Below, in pieces: positions 1 to 12,799 of a DNA stretch of 64,000 nucleotides. Position 1 is the first letter of the stretch, and each line of letters begins with the position of its first letter. The DNA is taken from assembly GCA_964016885.1 (NCBI GenBank), contig OZ024756.1:30380001-30444000 (forward strand), given 5' to 3'. Made by a program: the position numbers and the translations under genes. This stretch comes from Eledone cirrhosa (Eukaryota). Under the pieces are notes generated by a model. That model saw only the letters and a list, made by a program, of their open reading frames with translations. It was not told where the DNA came from and made no database searches.

Positions 1-31
1 GTAGTATTACTAGAAGTAATAGTAGTAGTAA

Positions 32-88
<57 letters not shown>

Positions 89-238
89 AACAACAAAACA
101 GCAATAACTGCAACGAAACAACAACAACAACTACTACTACCACAACGAAAACAGCAATAACAATCACAACTACAACAACAGCAACAGAAAGTAGAAGGGG
201 ATGTAGAAGAATAAGAATAAGAAGAAAAGAAGAAGAAA

Positions 239-277
<39 letters not shown>

Positions 278-382
278 AACAGCAATAACAACAACAAAAC
301 AGTAACAACTGCAACGAAAACATCAACAACAACTACCACAACGAAAACACCAATAACAATCACAACAACAATAAAGCACAAC

Positions 383-560
383 GGAAACATCAACAACTAC
401 CACAACAACTACCACAACGGAAACAACAACAATTACCACACCAACTACCACAACGGAAACAACAACAACTACCACAACAGAAATAACAACAACTACCACA
501 ACAACTACCACAACAGAAACAATAACAACTACCACAACGGAAACAACAACAACTACCACA
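383..560. repeat. 24-bp minisatellite (aactaccacaacggaaacaacaac) within AAC-rich low-complexity tract
   Basis: Unit visible directly; minus-strand ORF repeats CGSCCCFR (8 codons). Confidence 0.8.
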
Positions 561-620
561 ACAAAAAGAGCAATAACAATCACAGCAACAACAATAAAGC
601 GACAACAACTAAAACGAAAA

Positions 621-1140
621 CAACAATAACAGCAACAGTAAAGCAAAAACAAGGAAAACAACAATAACAGCAACAGTAAAGCAAAAACAAGGAAAACAAC
701 AATAACAGCAACGGTAAAACAAAAACAAGGAAAACAACAATAACAGCAACAGTAAAGCAAAAATAAGGAAAACAACAATAACAGCAACAGTAAAGCAAAA
801 ACAAGGAATACAACAATAACAGCAACAGTAAAGCAAAAACAAGGAAAGCAACAATAACAGCAACAGTAAAGCAAAAACAAGGAAAACAACAATAACAGCA
901 ACAGTAAAGCAAAAATAAGGAAAACAACAATAACAGCAACAGTAAAGCAAAAACAAGGAAAACAACAATAACAGCAACAGTAAAGCAAAAACAAGGAAAA
1001 CAACAATAACAGCAGCAGTAAAGCAAAAACAAGGAAAACAACAATAACAGCAACAGTAAAGCAAAAACAAGGAAAACAACAATAACAGCAACAGTAAAGC
1101 AAAAACAAGGAAAACAACAATAAAAGAACAGTAAAGCAAA
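621..1140. repeat. 38-bp minisatellite, about 13-14 copies (aacagtaaagcaaaaacaaggaaaacaacaataacagc)
   Basis: Near-identical units; the ORF track shows a 38-aa period (three units) in all three minus frames. Confidence 0.95.
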
Positions 1141-1553
1141 AACAACAAAAAGGATAACAACAACAGCAACAGCAAAGCAAAAACAACAACAAGAATCACA
1201 ACTCTAACAACAACAGTAAAGAATACAACATAATTTCAATAGGAATCCTAGAGTGAAAGACGAAAGAAATAACGAAAGGAAACAATAAACGATCTGCAAC
1301 AATAAATAAATAGAAAAAACTAATAAATAAATAAATCATGTATAATACTGTCTACTTTTACTTTCGGTTACGGAGCCACCATTTTTTTTTCGACTTTCTT
1401 TCTCTGTCATCCAATCTCTCTGTCTCTCTATTCACCACATATGCCCTCACTCTTATACATGCACGCAAACGCATATAGTCATATAGACACATATATACAC
1501 ATATATACTGTATATACTTCTATCTATCGCTTTGTCTTCACTTGTCTATACGG

Positions 1554-1653
<100 letters not shown>

Positions 1654-1674
1654 CTCTCTATCTATCTATATATC

Positions 1675-1737
<63 letters not shown>

Positions 1738-1739
<2 letters not shown>

Positions 1740-1821
1740 ATAAATTTGAAGACTAAAACCCAAAGAGGGCTCGATAAGGATAAATATATATAAAATATAT
1801 AAGAACCGTAGATAAATATAT

Positions 1822-1859
<38 letters not shown>

Positions 1860-1900
1860 TTATCTACGGTTCTTATATATTTGATATATATTTATCCTTA
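1738..1900. mobile_element. Family B Penelope-like 3' fragments in inverted orientation around a (TA)n tract
   Basis: 1738-1815 is the reverse complement of the 3' end of 27863-28018; tctacggttcttatatatttgatatatatttatcctt recurs forward at about 1862-1899. Confidence 0.7.
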
Positions 1901-2103
1901 TATATCTTTTTATATCCTTATATATATTTATCCTTATATATATGTGTGTGTGTTTCTCTCTAGTTATGTTTGTCTGTCTCTCTTTCTCTCTGTTCTTCTC
2001 TCTCTCCTCTTTACATTACAACATGCAACACATTTTAGCCTCATAGACACTTAGGCAAACACACGTTGAACATGTAGCTCTCTTCCTCTCTCTTTCTCTG
2101 TTC

Positions 2104-2189
<86 letters not shown>

Positions 2190-2434
2190 CCCTGCAGGTT
2201 GAGGAAAAAGAGGAAGAGAGGAAAGGGGTACAAACTCTTCGTACTTTCTGAAGATGAGGGTTGCACATTTTTTCGGGGGTATGTGTTACCCATATGTAAT
2301 GTCTCCCCCTATTGAGGAAAATCGATTAATTTTTAAATTGCATTTGTGATAGTATTTTACACGTTTTTATTGTATGTAAACTTCCCCCTTTGTATTTGTC
2401 CCCTTCTTTTGTGCCCCTGTGGTTAATAAAGAAA
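2190..2434 (+). mobile_element. 3' UTR remnant of a LINE (Tx1/L1-like tail) next to (TCTA)n
   Basis: Ends gcccctgtggttaataaagaaa, similar to the terminus of 57131-57487 and 47505-47592. Confidence 0.55.
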
Positions 2435-2466
2435 CATATCTATCCCCCTTTCCATATATATATATA

Positions 2467-2651
2467 TAACAAAGGAAGTGTGGTAAGGAACCAGGCGGAT
2501 CATAACGCACCAGAGTACTCAATACTTTGGGTAATAGGAAAATGTTCAAGACCCTGTCGGCAGAGTTCAAGCCGTTTCGACGGCTATTTCAGTCCAGAAA
2601 TAACCTGTCGAAACGGCTTGAGCTCGGCCGTCGGGGTCATGAACATTTTCC
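2467..2651 (-). mobile_element. Family A TA-embedded fold-back element with half hammerhead
   Basis: Homologous to copies at 5892, 27700, 38074, 53153 and 56391; inverted arms 2537-2590 and 2597-2651. Confidence 0.85.
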
Positions 2652-2654
2652 GAA

Positions 2655-2688
<34 letters not shown>

Positions 2689-2745
2689 TTAAGGGTGAAA
2701 GCAGCGATTCTTTGCTTAAACTTTAATCTGTTATTTTAATAAATA
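2689..2745 (+). mobile_element. Family B fragment (3' half of hammerhead)
   Basis: ttaagggtgaaagcagcgattctttgcttaaactttaatctg is identical to 27877-27918. Confidence 0.8.
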
Positions 2746-2769
2746 TAAATATATATATATATGTATGTA

Positions 2770-2828
<59 letters not shown>

Positions 2829-3576
2829 GTGTGTGTGTGTGTGTGTGTGTGTGTCTATCTATGTTTTAACCCCACAGAGCCTTCCTGGGTAAACATATCC
2901 AACGTATTATGCTGGTGTATTTTTCTTCTACTGTCTCTTTCTCCACCTGACTCTCTTTTTCTCTCCTTCCTTGAGTCCCTTTCCCTATCTTTCTTCTCCA
3001 AACTATTTCCATCTTTCCATCCTTCACCCTGCGTCTTTATTGCATATCTTGCTATCGCCCCCACACCCACCCCACCATATTCTCACAAACACTTTATCTA
3101 TTGGGTAGTCAAGTATGAAATTTGTAGAAAGTTGTTCTTTTTTTACAAATTTATACAAATTTCATACTTTTCTCACTCTATATCTCTATCCAACTACGTA
3201 TCTCTAATCTTTCTCTGTCTCTTTGTCAGTTTCTTTGTTTATATCTCTCTTTCTCTGTCTCTATTTACTTGTCTGTCTGTCTGACTGTATGTCTGTCTGT
3301 CTGTTTCTCTGTCTGTTTCTCTGTCTGTCACTCTGTCTGTCTTTCTGTCACTTTGTTTCTATCTCTCTATCTCTCTCTCTCTCTCTCTGTTTATTTGTCT
3401 GTTTGTCTCTGTCTGTCTGTCAGTCTCTCTCTGCCCGTCTCTCTCTCTATCTGTCTGTTTGTCTGTCTCTCTCCCCCTCTCTCTCTCTCTCTCTCTGTCT
3501 GTTTGTTTCTCTATCTATTTGCCTGTCTGTCTGTCTCTCTCTCTCTCTCTGTCTGTTTGTCTCTCTATCAATTTGC

Positions 3577-3610
<34 letters not shown>

Positions 3611-3900
3611 ATTTGCCTGTCTGTCTGTCCGTCTCTCTTTCGGTCACTCACCCTTATGTTCGATCTCTGTGTTTCTCTACAAGCTAGAGTATGATCACCA
3701 CTATACCCTCGTACCCACCACTACTATGACTACGACCACCAACACCACTGCTACCATCACCATCACCATCAACATCACTAAACACACAGTCAACATGTGC
3801 CTGTAACAGTAGTCTGTACATCTTGTCAGTAACTTAGTCGCTGTCATTGATGCTGTCACACGTCACACACACTAAGACAATATGTCTATGTGTCTATCTT

Positions 3901-3958
<58 letters not shown>

Positions 3959-3984
3959 ATATATATAAATAAAAATATAAATTA

Positions 3985-4310
3985 TCGAGAATCGTATTTC
4001 GGCCTATGAAATAAGGAAAAATAACCTCCGAGATGTGTGGCAAGTGCTCAATGGTTCAGATGAACCAGAGCTACAACATACGTTAAAGGCCAAACACACC
4101 GAGACGATGGTTAAACAATCATCCGCACAGCCAAAAAAAAAACGATCAAGTAATTCGGGTCAAACAAATAAAAATATATGTGATTGAAAATTTACCCGGA
4201 CCCCTGGATGGTTGGTAAAATCCAGCATTTGGGTTTCTGCGACTCCTAAATCAAGTACTGTCCGCTTACATAAAAAATGTTAGGCTTCTGGTAAGATGAT
4301 TGAACAAGGA
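3985..4310 (+). pseudogene. Possible decayed GIY-YIG endonuclease fragment of a Penelope-like element
   Basis: Hand translation ITSEMCGKCSMVQMNQSYNIR* resembles ITCxxCGKxYxGQTxQxLxxR; the island is flanked by (TA)n and followed by a family A-like piece at 4335-4412. Confidence 0.35.
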
Positions 4311-4435
4311 ATATATATATATATATATATTTATAAATATATATATATATAAATCAGTCTTGAACAAGTTGTTGAAACGGCAAGAGCTCAGCCGCCGTGT
4401 CCCCACTGTTTATTATATATATATATATATATAAA

Positions 4436-4627
4436 GGGCGGTGGATTGGCAGTATCGGTAGAGGGTCGGACGCCATGCTTTCCAGCATAGTTACGTCCCT
4501 TTACGATCTGAGTTCAAGTCCCGCCGAGGTTGACTTTGCCTTTCATCCTTACGGGGGTCGATAAAATAAAGTACCAGTAATGCACTGGTTAATTGCTGGC
4601 CTTGTGCCAAAAGTAGAAACAATTATA
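4436..4627 (+). mobile_element. tRNA-derived SINE (main family, full length)
   Basis: A-box-like tggcagtatcgg, B-box-like gagttcaagtcc, central gcctttcatccttacgg(g)gtcgataaaataaagtaccag, tail ggccttgtgccaaaagtagaaacaatt. Confidence 0.9.
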
Positions 4628-4930
4628 TTATATTACATTTAACTGAAAAGACTGTTAAACCCTCATGTCGAATCGACGGGATAGTACATCACCCCCCCCC
4701 CTATATATATATATATACACACACAAAAGTTTCTATCTGCTTCTCTTTACAATATATTCAGCGTGGGTTATTGGTTAGGCATATGATTGTAAGGTCGTGA
4801 GTTCGATTTACTGGAGGTACGCTATGTGCTTGAGCAAGATATTTTATTTCAGGTTGCTCCATATTGCATGACACTGAATCACGTTGTAAAGTAGTTCGGT
4901 GTTACACGTGCTGGTGTACTGGTACATTCA

Positions 4931-5109
4931 ATAATTGTTTCTACTTTTGGCACAAGTCCAGCAATTACCCCAGTACATTACTGGTAGTTTATTTTATCGA
5001 CCCCGTAAGGATGAAAGGCAAAGTGAACCTCGGCGGGATTTGAACTCAGAATGGCAAAGGCCATAAGTCTATGCATCAAAGCATGGCGTCCGACACTGCC
5101 AATCCACCC
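4931..5109 (-). mobile_element. Main-family SINE
   Basis: Reverse complement of 4436-4627 with a small head deletion. Confidence 0.9.
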
Positions 5110-5150
5110 TTTTGGTACATTCTGGTACATTCAATAATAATGGTACATTC

Positions 5151-5330
5151 AATAATTGTTTCTACTTTAGGCACAAGGCCAGCAATTACCCCAGTGCATT
5201 ACTGGTACTTTATTTTATCGACCCCGTAAGGATGAAAGGCAAAGTCAACCTCGGCGGGATTTGAACTCAGATCGTAAAGGGACGTAACTATGCTGGAAAG
5301 CATGGCGTCCGACCCTCTACCGATACTGCC
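5151..5330 (-). mobile_element. Main-family SINE
   Basis: Reverse complement of the family consensus. Confidence 0.9.
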
Positions 5331-5464
5331 ACAATAATAATGGTACATTCAATACACTGGTACATTCAATAATAAACTAATTTCGTGAGCAGGTAGTTCT
5401 TCTTTATAAAAAAACTGGATCATTCGTCGTCGAAACTGACCGAGGTCCTACTTTAATGGTTTAT

Positions 5465-5666
5465 GATTAAGGCAGAAGGCCAACAATTGTGGGGAAGGAG
5501 AAAGTCAATTAAATCGACCCAAGTGCATTACTGGTACTTTATTTTATCGACCCGTAAAGGATGAAATCATAGCTAACATCGGCGGGATTCGAACTCAGAA
5601 TGTATATGACCGTAACTCTATGCCACAACGCTTCCCGACGCTCTACCGACACTGGCAATCCACCGC
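5465..5666 (-). mobile_element. Main-family SINE, long-tail variant
   Basis: Extra gggtcgatttaattgactttc segment before the tail, as in 24922-25112 and 58466-58672. Confidence 0.85.
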
Positions 5667-5700
5667 TCAGAAGTCCTGCATTAATAATATATCTACGTTC

Positions 5701-5887
<187 letters not shown>

Positions 5888-5891
5888 TATA

Positions 5892-6025
5892 TAACGAAGG
5901 AAATGTGGTAAGGAACCAGGTGGACCATAACGCACCAAAGTACTCAATACTTAGGGTAGTAGAGTGGGTAATAGGAACAAGTAAGACCCCGACCGCTGAG
6001 CTCAGCCGTCGGGGTCTTACTTGTT

Positions 6026-6030
<5 letters not shown>
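5892..6030 (-). mobile_element. Family A fold-back element
   Basis: 30-bp inverted arms (one mismatch) centred on gag|ctc at 6000/6001; flanked by (TA)n. Confidence 0.9.
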
Positions 6031-6070
<40 letters not shown>

Positions 6071-6174
6071 GCACACACACACACACACAAGTTATTCCGG
6101 GTTGAATCGGAGTTAACCACAGTAAGTAAGGTACTCAATACATAGCAGAGTATAAAAGTTTTAATGTAGATGAT

Positions 6175-6270
6175 ATTCTACTACAAGACTAGAACTGTTT
6201 TATTCTTGAGAAATGATCAATGATTCCTGATGATTTCTCAAAAATGAAACAGTTCTAGTCCTGTAGAATC
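6175..6270 (+). ncRNA. Hammerhead-like motif inside an imperfect inverted repeat (family D)
   Basis: CTGATGA at 6227, short stem II, GAAACAGTTCTAGTC; related pieces on the minus strand at 16090-16148 and 43050-43095; stem I is weak. Confidence 0.45.
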
Positions 6271-6275
6271 TTATC

Positions 6276-6339
<64 letters not shown>

Positions 6340-6440
6340 CAGGGTGTCCTCAAAAAATGTTTACACACTTTGATTACCTGTACAGGCTATATTTATTAGA
6401 ATGCCGTTGAACTGTGTATACATTTTATGGGGACATCCTG
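6340..6440. mobile_element. 101-bp Tc1/mariner-type MITE
   Basis: 28-bp imperfect TIRs cagggtgtcctcaaaaaatgtttacaca / tgtgtatacattttatggggacatcctg, flanked by TA. Confidence 0.85.
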
Positions 6441-6786
6441 TATATATATATATATCACTGCTTAGCTCTCCCTATTTGCCAGTCGGTATCCTTAGGGGCT
6501 ATTGGATGATCTGTTTGACTGTAACGAAAATAAATTATCATCTCTGAGTCACATTTCTCTTTCTATTTTTAAACACAAGTACGTATACACACATATACAC
6601 ATACGCATATATACACATGCATGTATATATATGTTTAGTTGTAATATTGTATGGTTCCTTGCTTTGGTATATATGTGTCAGTATATGTGTATGTGTGTGT
6701 GTGTGTGTATCACTATCAAATTATTTTCATTATCATGAGAGCACACAGGAGCATACACAGACACACATATATACATACACATAGAT

Positions 6787-6821
<35 letters not shown>

Positions 6822-6904
6822 CATATATGTATATACATATAAATATATATCTGTATATATGTATGTTTGTACGTATATATATACATATATATATATGTCT
6901 ATAC

Positions 6905-6940
<36 letters not shown>

Positions 6941-6941
6941 G

Positions 6942-7057
<116 letters not shown>

Positions 7058-7058
7058 G

Positions 7059-7114
<56 letters not shown>

Positions 7115-7131
7115 GCAAAAGGGAACTTCAA

Positions 7132-7206
<75 letters not shown>

Positions 7207-7564
7207 AGTATATATATATATATATATATACACATACACGTAATCTTAAGTAAACCCCACTAACACCCTTCATTGTCACTAAGTTGCCCCCCCCCTCTCT
7301 CTCTTATCGCACCCTCCCTGCCAATTTCCTCACCCCACTCCCTCTTACTCCCCCTTCTTCGTCTCTCTGCGTAAATACATCTCTATAAACGCTATAAATT
7401 CTTTAGATAGTAATACCAAATACACCGAGAAGTCCTATTATAATCAGAGACAAATGTATTTCTTTGAAGATTCCTGGCTTATCAGGCAACATTCTCTTGT
7501 CAGTGGCTTAGAAATATATTCTATTGAATTAGGATGAGTCAACATGTTGCATATACAATGATAG

Positions 7565-7634
<70 letters not shown>

Positions 7635-7680
7635 GTGTGTATATATATATGACATACACACACATATATATATATACATA

Positions 7681-7714
<34 letters not shown>

Positions 7715-7859
7715 AGAGTGTGTGTGCATATATTTGTGTGTAGCATATGTATAAACGTAAATAAGCCTACAAATGATTGCGTATATGTATATATATCTAT
7801 GCGCATACATATGTGCATATATATATATATGCATAGGCATGCGTATATATATATGTATG

Positions 7860-7926
<67 letters not shown>

Positions 7927-8114
7927 TATATATATATATATATTTATTTATTTATATATATATATAAGTATATATATATATATATATATCTAGTGTATAT
8001 ATCTTATCAAATGACTCTTTGGGCATACTTTATTGTATATATATATATGAGTGTGCGTGTGTGTGTGTATATAAAGAGAGAGATAGAGATAGATAGATAG
8101 ATAGATAGATAGAG

Positions 8115-8181
<67 letters not shown>

Positions 8182-8626
8182 GTCTGTGAGATTTGCTTTA
8201 ACGCAAGTATGATAGCCTTTTCCCACTTTCATCCAACATATACTGAATAAAGCGATGTCTGTGTAGCACTAGTTAGGTATTATCATCTGTGAAACCGGGT
8301 CAGAAAGTGGAACGTGTTAGAGTCCGATATTAACTCTACAAATATAACGTAATAGAACACTAACCGATCCACCCGTCTGGTCACTAAAGCAAACTGCCAC
8401 TTTATACTCTTTTAATTCTATTGCTATGACTATGTTTTGTTGTGTCGTTATGTAAATATGTTCTCATAAGCAAAGCCTACAATTTTATGAGCTTTCATTT
8501 GAATCAACGAATGATTCTGTCTGCGATATTTCGTTTTATTTAGAAAGCATGCAGAACATTGGTCTTAAATGTGTATATACACATATCACCACGCGCACGA
8601 ACATGTAGACACACACACACACAAAC

Positions 8627-8673
<47 letters not shown>

Positions 8674-8680
8674 GTCGCTA

Positions 8681-8947
<267 letters not shown>

Positions 8948-8962
8948 ATTTATACTCCAGTC

Positions 8963-9240
8963 GTCTATCAGTGCGACTTCTACTGTCTAATTTCCCTGTA
9001 CATCTACTGCATACATATTTCTCCCTACCTGTTAGTTTGCCTGCTATCCCGCTACATCTCTTGTGTACCCAGGACCTACATTGTGTGCATTTTATAGAAT
9101 TTATGCCAGTTCCTTTTCTGCATATCGAACATGGCCATTTCCCTGACGGAATCAGGGTTTTGTCCTCTTTTCTACTCATCAACACTTTTGTCTTAGCTAG
9201 ATTTACTCTCAGTCCTCTTGCTTCCAACTGCTGTTTCCAT
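8963..9240 (-). pseudogene. RTE-clade LINE fragment (RT C-terminus plus Cys/His-rich motif)
   Basis: WKQQLEARGLRVNLAKTKVLM...WPCSICRKG...SIKCTQCRSWVHKRCSGI...YVCSRC in ORF 8946..9287; the N-terminal residues of that ORF come from the adjacent SINE. Confidence 0.85.
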
Positions 9241-9241
9241 A

Positions 9242-9425
9242 GGATTGGCAGTATCGGTAGAGGGTCAGACGCCATGCTTTCCAGCATAGTTACGTCTCTT
9301 AACGATCTGAGTTCAAATCCCGCCGAGGTTGACTTTGCCTTTCATCCTTACGGGGTCGATAAAATAAAGTACCAGTAATGCACTGGTTAATTGCTGGCCT
9401 TGTGCCTAAAGTAGAAACAATTATT
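9242..9425 (+). mobile_element. Main-family SINE fused to the RTE fragment
   Basis: Starts ggattggcagtatcgg, ends agaaacaattatt. Confidence 0.9.
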
Positions 9426-9506
9426 TATACTCCAGTCCTACAAAACTGTAGAGTGCTACTTATCCGATATTTGCATTGCTTTATTGTGCTACGATAAAAC
9501 TCACCT

Positions 9507-9569
<63 letters not shown>

Positions 9570-9587
9570 CATATATTGTTAAACTTC

Positions 9588-9683
<96 letters not shown>

Positions 9684-9691
9684 GTGTGTAT

Positions 9692-9735
9692 ATAGAAAAT
9701 GTTACAGCTCAGCTGACGGGGTCCTGACTTTTCGT

Positions 9736-9773
<38 letters not shown>

Positions 9774-9860
9774 TTATAGATATCTGTATGTTTATATATA
9801 TATATATATATATATATGAAAAGATTCAGGACCCCGACGGCTGAGCTGTAACATTTCCTA
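9692..9860. mobile_element. Two inverted family A-related stubs separated by microsatellite
   Basis: tagaaaatgttacagctcagctgacggggtcctga and tcaggaccccgacggctgagctgtaacatttccta. Confidence 0.65.
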
Positions 9861-9923
9861 TATGTATCCCAGTAAATACTTTGTTAGAGGAGACACTGTA
9901 TATTGCTTTTGTATTGTATGGTC

Positions 9924-10200
9924 CCGTAACTCATGATAGAGCCAAAGGGGTACTGTACTATCATACGGCGTTTTGGGAGCATTTTAAGCCTGGTGGAGCC
10001 CACCCTTCTTCAGTTCAGCATATTTCTTCGAGAGAGAGGAAAAATCGATCCAGTACTAGTCAGATAGTTTTTTTTTATCGACCTCAAAAAGGATGAAAGG
10101 TAAAGTTGACCTCGGCGGAAATTGAACTCGGAGAGCAGCGAGCCGGAATGAATACCATAAAGCATTCTATCCGACGTTCTCACGTTCTGCCAATTCGCCG
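9924..10200 (-). mobile_element. Older SINE with the same central domain but a different 3' tail
   Basis: Central domain at about 10070-10130; tail 9924-10040 is shared with 11639-11760. Confidence 0.7.
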
Positions 10201-10297
10201 ATTATAGAGGACTTCATGAAATCAGACCGAGGAAATAATGTTTCCATTGGTCTTTCCAATTGCTAATACTATCTATCGGTCGCAGCTCCAGGTAGAA

Positions 10298-10416
10298 GGA
10301 GCAACGTGAAATAAAGTGTCTTGTTCAAGGACTTAACGCATCGCCTGGTCCGGGAATCAAACTCACAACCTCACCGTTGCGAATCCAATTCTCTAACCGC
10401 TCAGCCACACGCCTTC
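10298..10416 (-). mobile_element. CORE-type tRNA SINE head
   Basis: ggagcaacgtgaaataaagtgtcttgttcaagg...gggaatcaaactc...ctaaccgctcagccac. Confidence 0.75.
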
Positions 10417-10434
10417 ACGCCGACTATATATTTC

Positions 10435-10770
10435 TTTTACGACAGCATGATACCGTATTTGAAGGTCGTGCCTTAATGACATTTTTTCCGTTGTTGCAGA
10501 TCTTGCGTGTGATATTCTCTCCAGAAATGTGACATAATCGATATTTCCCTATGGTATATTAGTACTTTACATGTTTCAATGTATTATTATTTTTTTCATC
10601 TGTTTATTAGATATTTTCTAGTGACATCTAGCTTTTGCATAGCAAATGAATAACCTTCAAAATATGACTTGTTGTAACGGTCAAAAGTGTAAGACAGGTT
10701 ATACTTCCTGACAATGTTAGCATCATCATTCAAGATACCTAGAAATAATATGCATGTATATAGGTATGTA
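10435..10770 (-). pseudogene. Ancient RLE-type LINE relic (zinc-knuckle region)
   Basis: SYFEGYSFAMQKLDVTRKYLINR then KYRLCH and KMSLRHDLQIRYHAVVK resemble the EG..AxQEQ..TK / CRLC / RHD..K motifs of R4-like ORFs. Confidence 0.55.
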
Positions 10771-10789
10771 AGTAGTACTTCTTTTTTTC

Positions 10790-11058
10790 CACCTGGGAGT
10801 GAAAGGTCCACAGTTGTTGTTACAATATCTTTCTAGGAGAGGGAATCTCTGAAAAAACCCCAAAAAACCTGCGGCTGCGGAAGCATCCGATGATGTTGAC
10901 AAGTTCTCCTTTTCGGGTAGTGTTTTCGATGCTCAGAGAGTGGCATTGATCGAGAGCAAGGCCTTTCCCCATTTAAAAAACCTTCAAAGCACAGACATTG
11001 CTTGTTCAGGATCTGTTACAAGCGATTACAATACACTTAGCAGAATTTGCAGCCATCA
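10790..11058 (+). mobile_element. Diverged relative of the (TATG)n-embedded retroposon
   Basis: Collinear motifs tctaggagagggaatctctga, atgatgttgac, agagagtgg, gcacagacattgctt, and terminus gcagccatc followed by tatg repeats. Confidence 0.6.
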
Positions 11059-11092
11059 TATATGTATGTATGCGTATATGTATGTATGTATG

Positions 11093-11596
11093 GGAGGAGG
11101 GTGACTTTGGACATCCTGCAGGACTAAAAACAAAACCTGTCAAAGGGCAAAGGAGCTCTTAAGAGTCAACGGCCATCCAAAATCACCGGGAGAGATGACC
11201 CCTTAGCCTTTGTCAAGGCAGAATTCTAGGAGAAGGAAAACTCTGATATAACACCTGCAACCCTGATGGTATCCAATTACGTTGACTTGTTCTTCTTTTT
11301 GATAAATATCATCTTGGTTAAGAGAGTGGGACTGGCTTTGTGCAGTACCTTTGCTCACTATAAAGGCTTCACGGCACAGGCATTGCTTTATATCTGGAGA
11401 TCTCTCTACACTTGTCGTCACATGGTACCATGGGCCCAGCATTATATGTCAATAATTGTCACAAGTGTAGTGGTTGTATCAGAGTTTTCAAGTCGCTGGC
11501 TGGACTAAAAAGTCACACTCGTTCAGCGTATCGGTAGGGGTTCTCCTACATGGATATAAAGTAGTGGCCGTACTCGAAAACGAGTTGGCAGCCACC
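11093..11596 (+). mobile_element. (TATG)n-embedded non-autonomous retroposon, copy 1
   Basis: Highly similar to 17720-18233 and 30250-30697; common 3' end cgagttggcagccacc(atgt)n. Confidence 0.9.
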
Positions 11597-11638
11597 ATGT
11601 ATGTATGAATGTATGTAGGTAAGTACCTATGTTTGGTT

Positions 11639-11960
11639 CCGTAACTCCTGATAGAGTCGTAGGGGGCCGTATTGACATACGGCGTCTCTTGGGCATTTTA
11701 AGCCTGGCAGAGTCCATTCCTCTCCAAGCCTGAGTACAGCAGATTTCTTCCAGAGAAGGATAAAAAAACACTGAGAGAATGGAAGTGAGAAAGAGATATA
11801 GAAGAAGAATCGACCCCCAGAACTCGACTGGTACTTTTTTTTATCGACCCGTAAGGATGAAAGGCAAAGCTAACCTAGGCGGGATTTAAACTCAGAACGT
11901 ACATGGCAGTAACTCTATGCCACAAAGGGTGCTTCGTGATGCTTTACCGATACTGCCACA
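11639..11960 (-). mobile_element. SINE with alternative tail (same type as 9924-10200)
   Basis: Central domain 11830-11895; tail cggcgtctcttgggcattttaagcctggcagag shared with 9924-10040. Confidence 0.75.
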
Positions 11961-12142
11961 TACATGTTGACCTCGACGGGATTTGATACGAGCCATTCAT
12001 TGATCGGTGATGTAGATGTAGGGATTCCATAGTAATATACCCTTGAGCACTTAGAGCTGGCGGAGTTCATCCGATTTCTTCCAGAAGAAAGAGATGAAGG
12101 ATAGACAGAGAGAAATAGATAGATACATAGATAGATAGGTAG

Positions 12143-12403
12143 AGGCACGTGGCCTGGTGGTAAGGGTGTTGGACTTACGATCATAATGTCGTGGGTTCGA
12201 TTCCTGGGTTGTGTGTTGTGTTCTTGAGCAAAACACTTCATTTCACGTTGCTCCAATATAGTCAGCTGAAAATGAGTACCAGCGATAACTGTGGAGTTAA
12301 CCCTGCAATGGACTGGCGTCCTGTCCATGAGAGAGTCTTGTACTCTCAGTCGCTTCACGCCATGAAACCGGGATAAGCACCAGCCAAAAGAGCCTTCTGG
12401 CTT
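12143..12403 (+). mobile_element. tRNA-derived CORE SINE with V-SINE-like 3' part
   Basis: A box tggcctggtgg, B box ggttcgattcc, cttgagcaaaacacttc, then aaccctgcaatggactggcgtcctgtcca. Confidence 0.8.
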
Positions 12404-12799
12404 AGATAGATAGATAGGTAGGTAGGTAGAGAGATAGAGAGAGAAAGAGAGAAAGAGAGAGAGAGGAGAGAGAGAGGAGAGTGAGAGAGAGAGGGAAAGA
12501 GAGAGAGATAGAAGATAGAGAGAGAGGGATATAGAGAGAGAGAAAGAGAGAGAGAGACAGAGAGAGAGGGTAGGGTGGAAGCCCAAGCGTGCTAGAAAAA
12601 GAAAGTGAAAAAAAAAGGTGTAGTGGAAGAACGGTCCCCAGTATTGGATTGGTATATTATTTCCAGAACTTGAAGTGATAAAATGAAAAGAAAATGACAT
12701 GGGTAGGACTAGAACTCAGAATACATACCGCTACGCACTTTCTATCCGACGTTCTAACGCTTCCACCATTTCGTATGCTCATGCATCACTATATACAAC

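Larger units (their letters stand above)
4760..5447 (+). mobile_element. Older CORE-type SINE split by two nested main-family SINEs
   Basis: Head and cttgagcaagatattttatttcaggttgctcc at 4760-4860; the 3' part resumes near 5373 (taatttcgtgagcagg...gtcgaaactgac), collinear with 14170-14483. Confidence 0.65.

Noticed and set aside
621-1140. Membrane or Cys-rich repeat protein
   Set aside because: The 38-bp unit is not a multiple of 3 and all three minus frames are open only because of base composition.
11203-11508. Conserved small proteins repeated at three loci
   Set aside because: The ORFs are overlapping sense and antisense frames inside a repeat family, with no recognisable domain.
12143-12206. 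tRNA gene
   Set aside because: The tRNA-like head runs into CORE and tail sequence, with no acceptor stem closure or terminator; it is a SINE.
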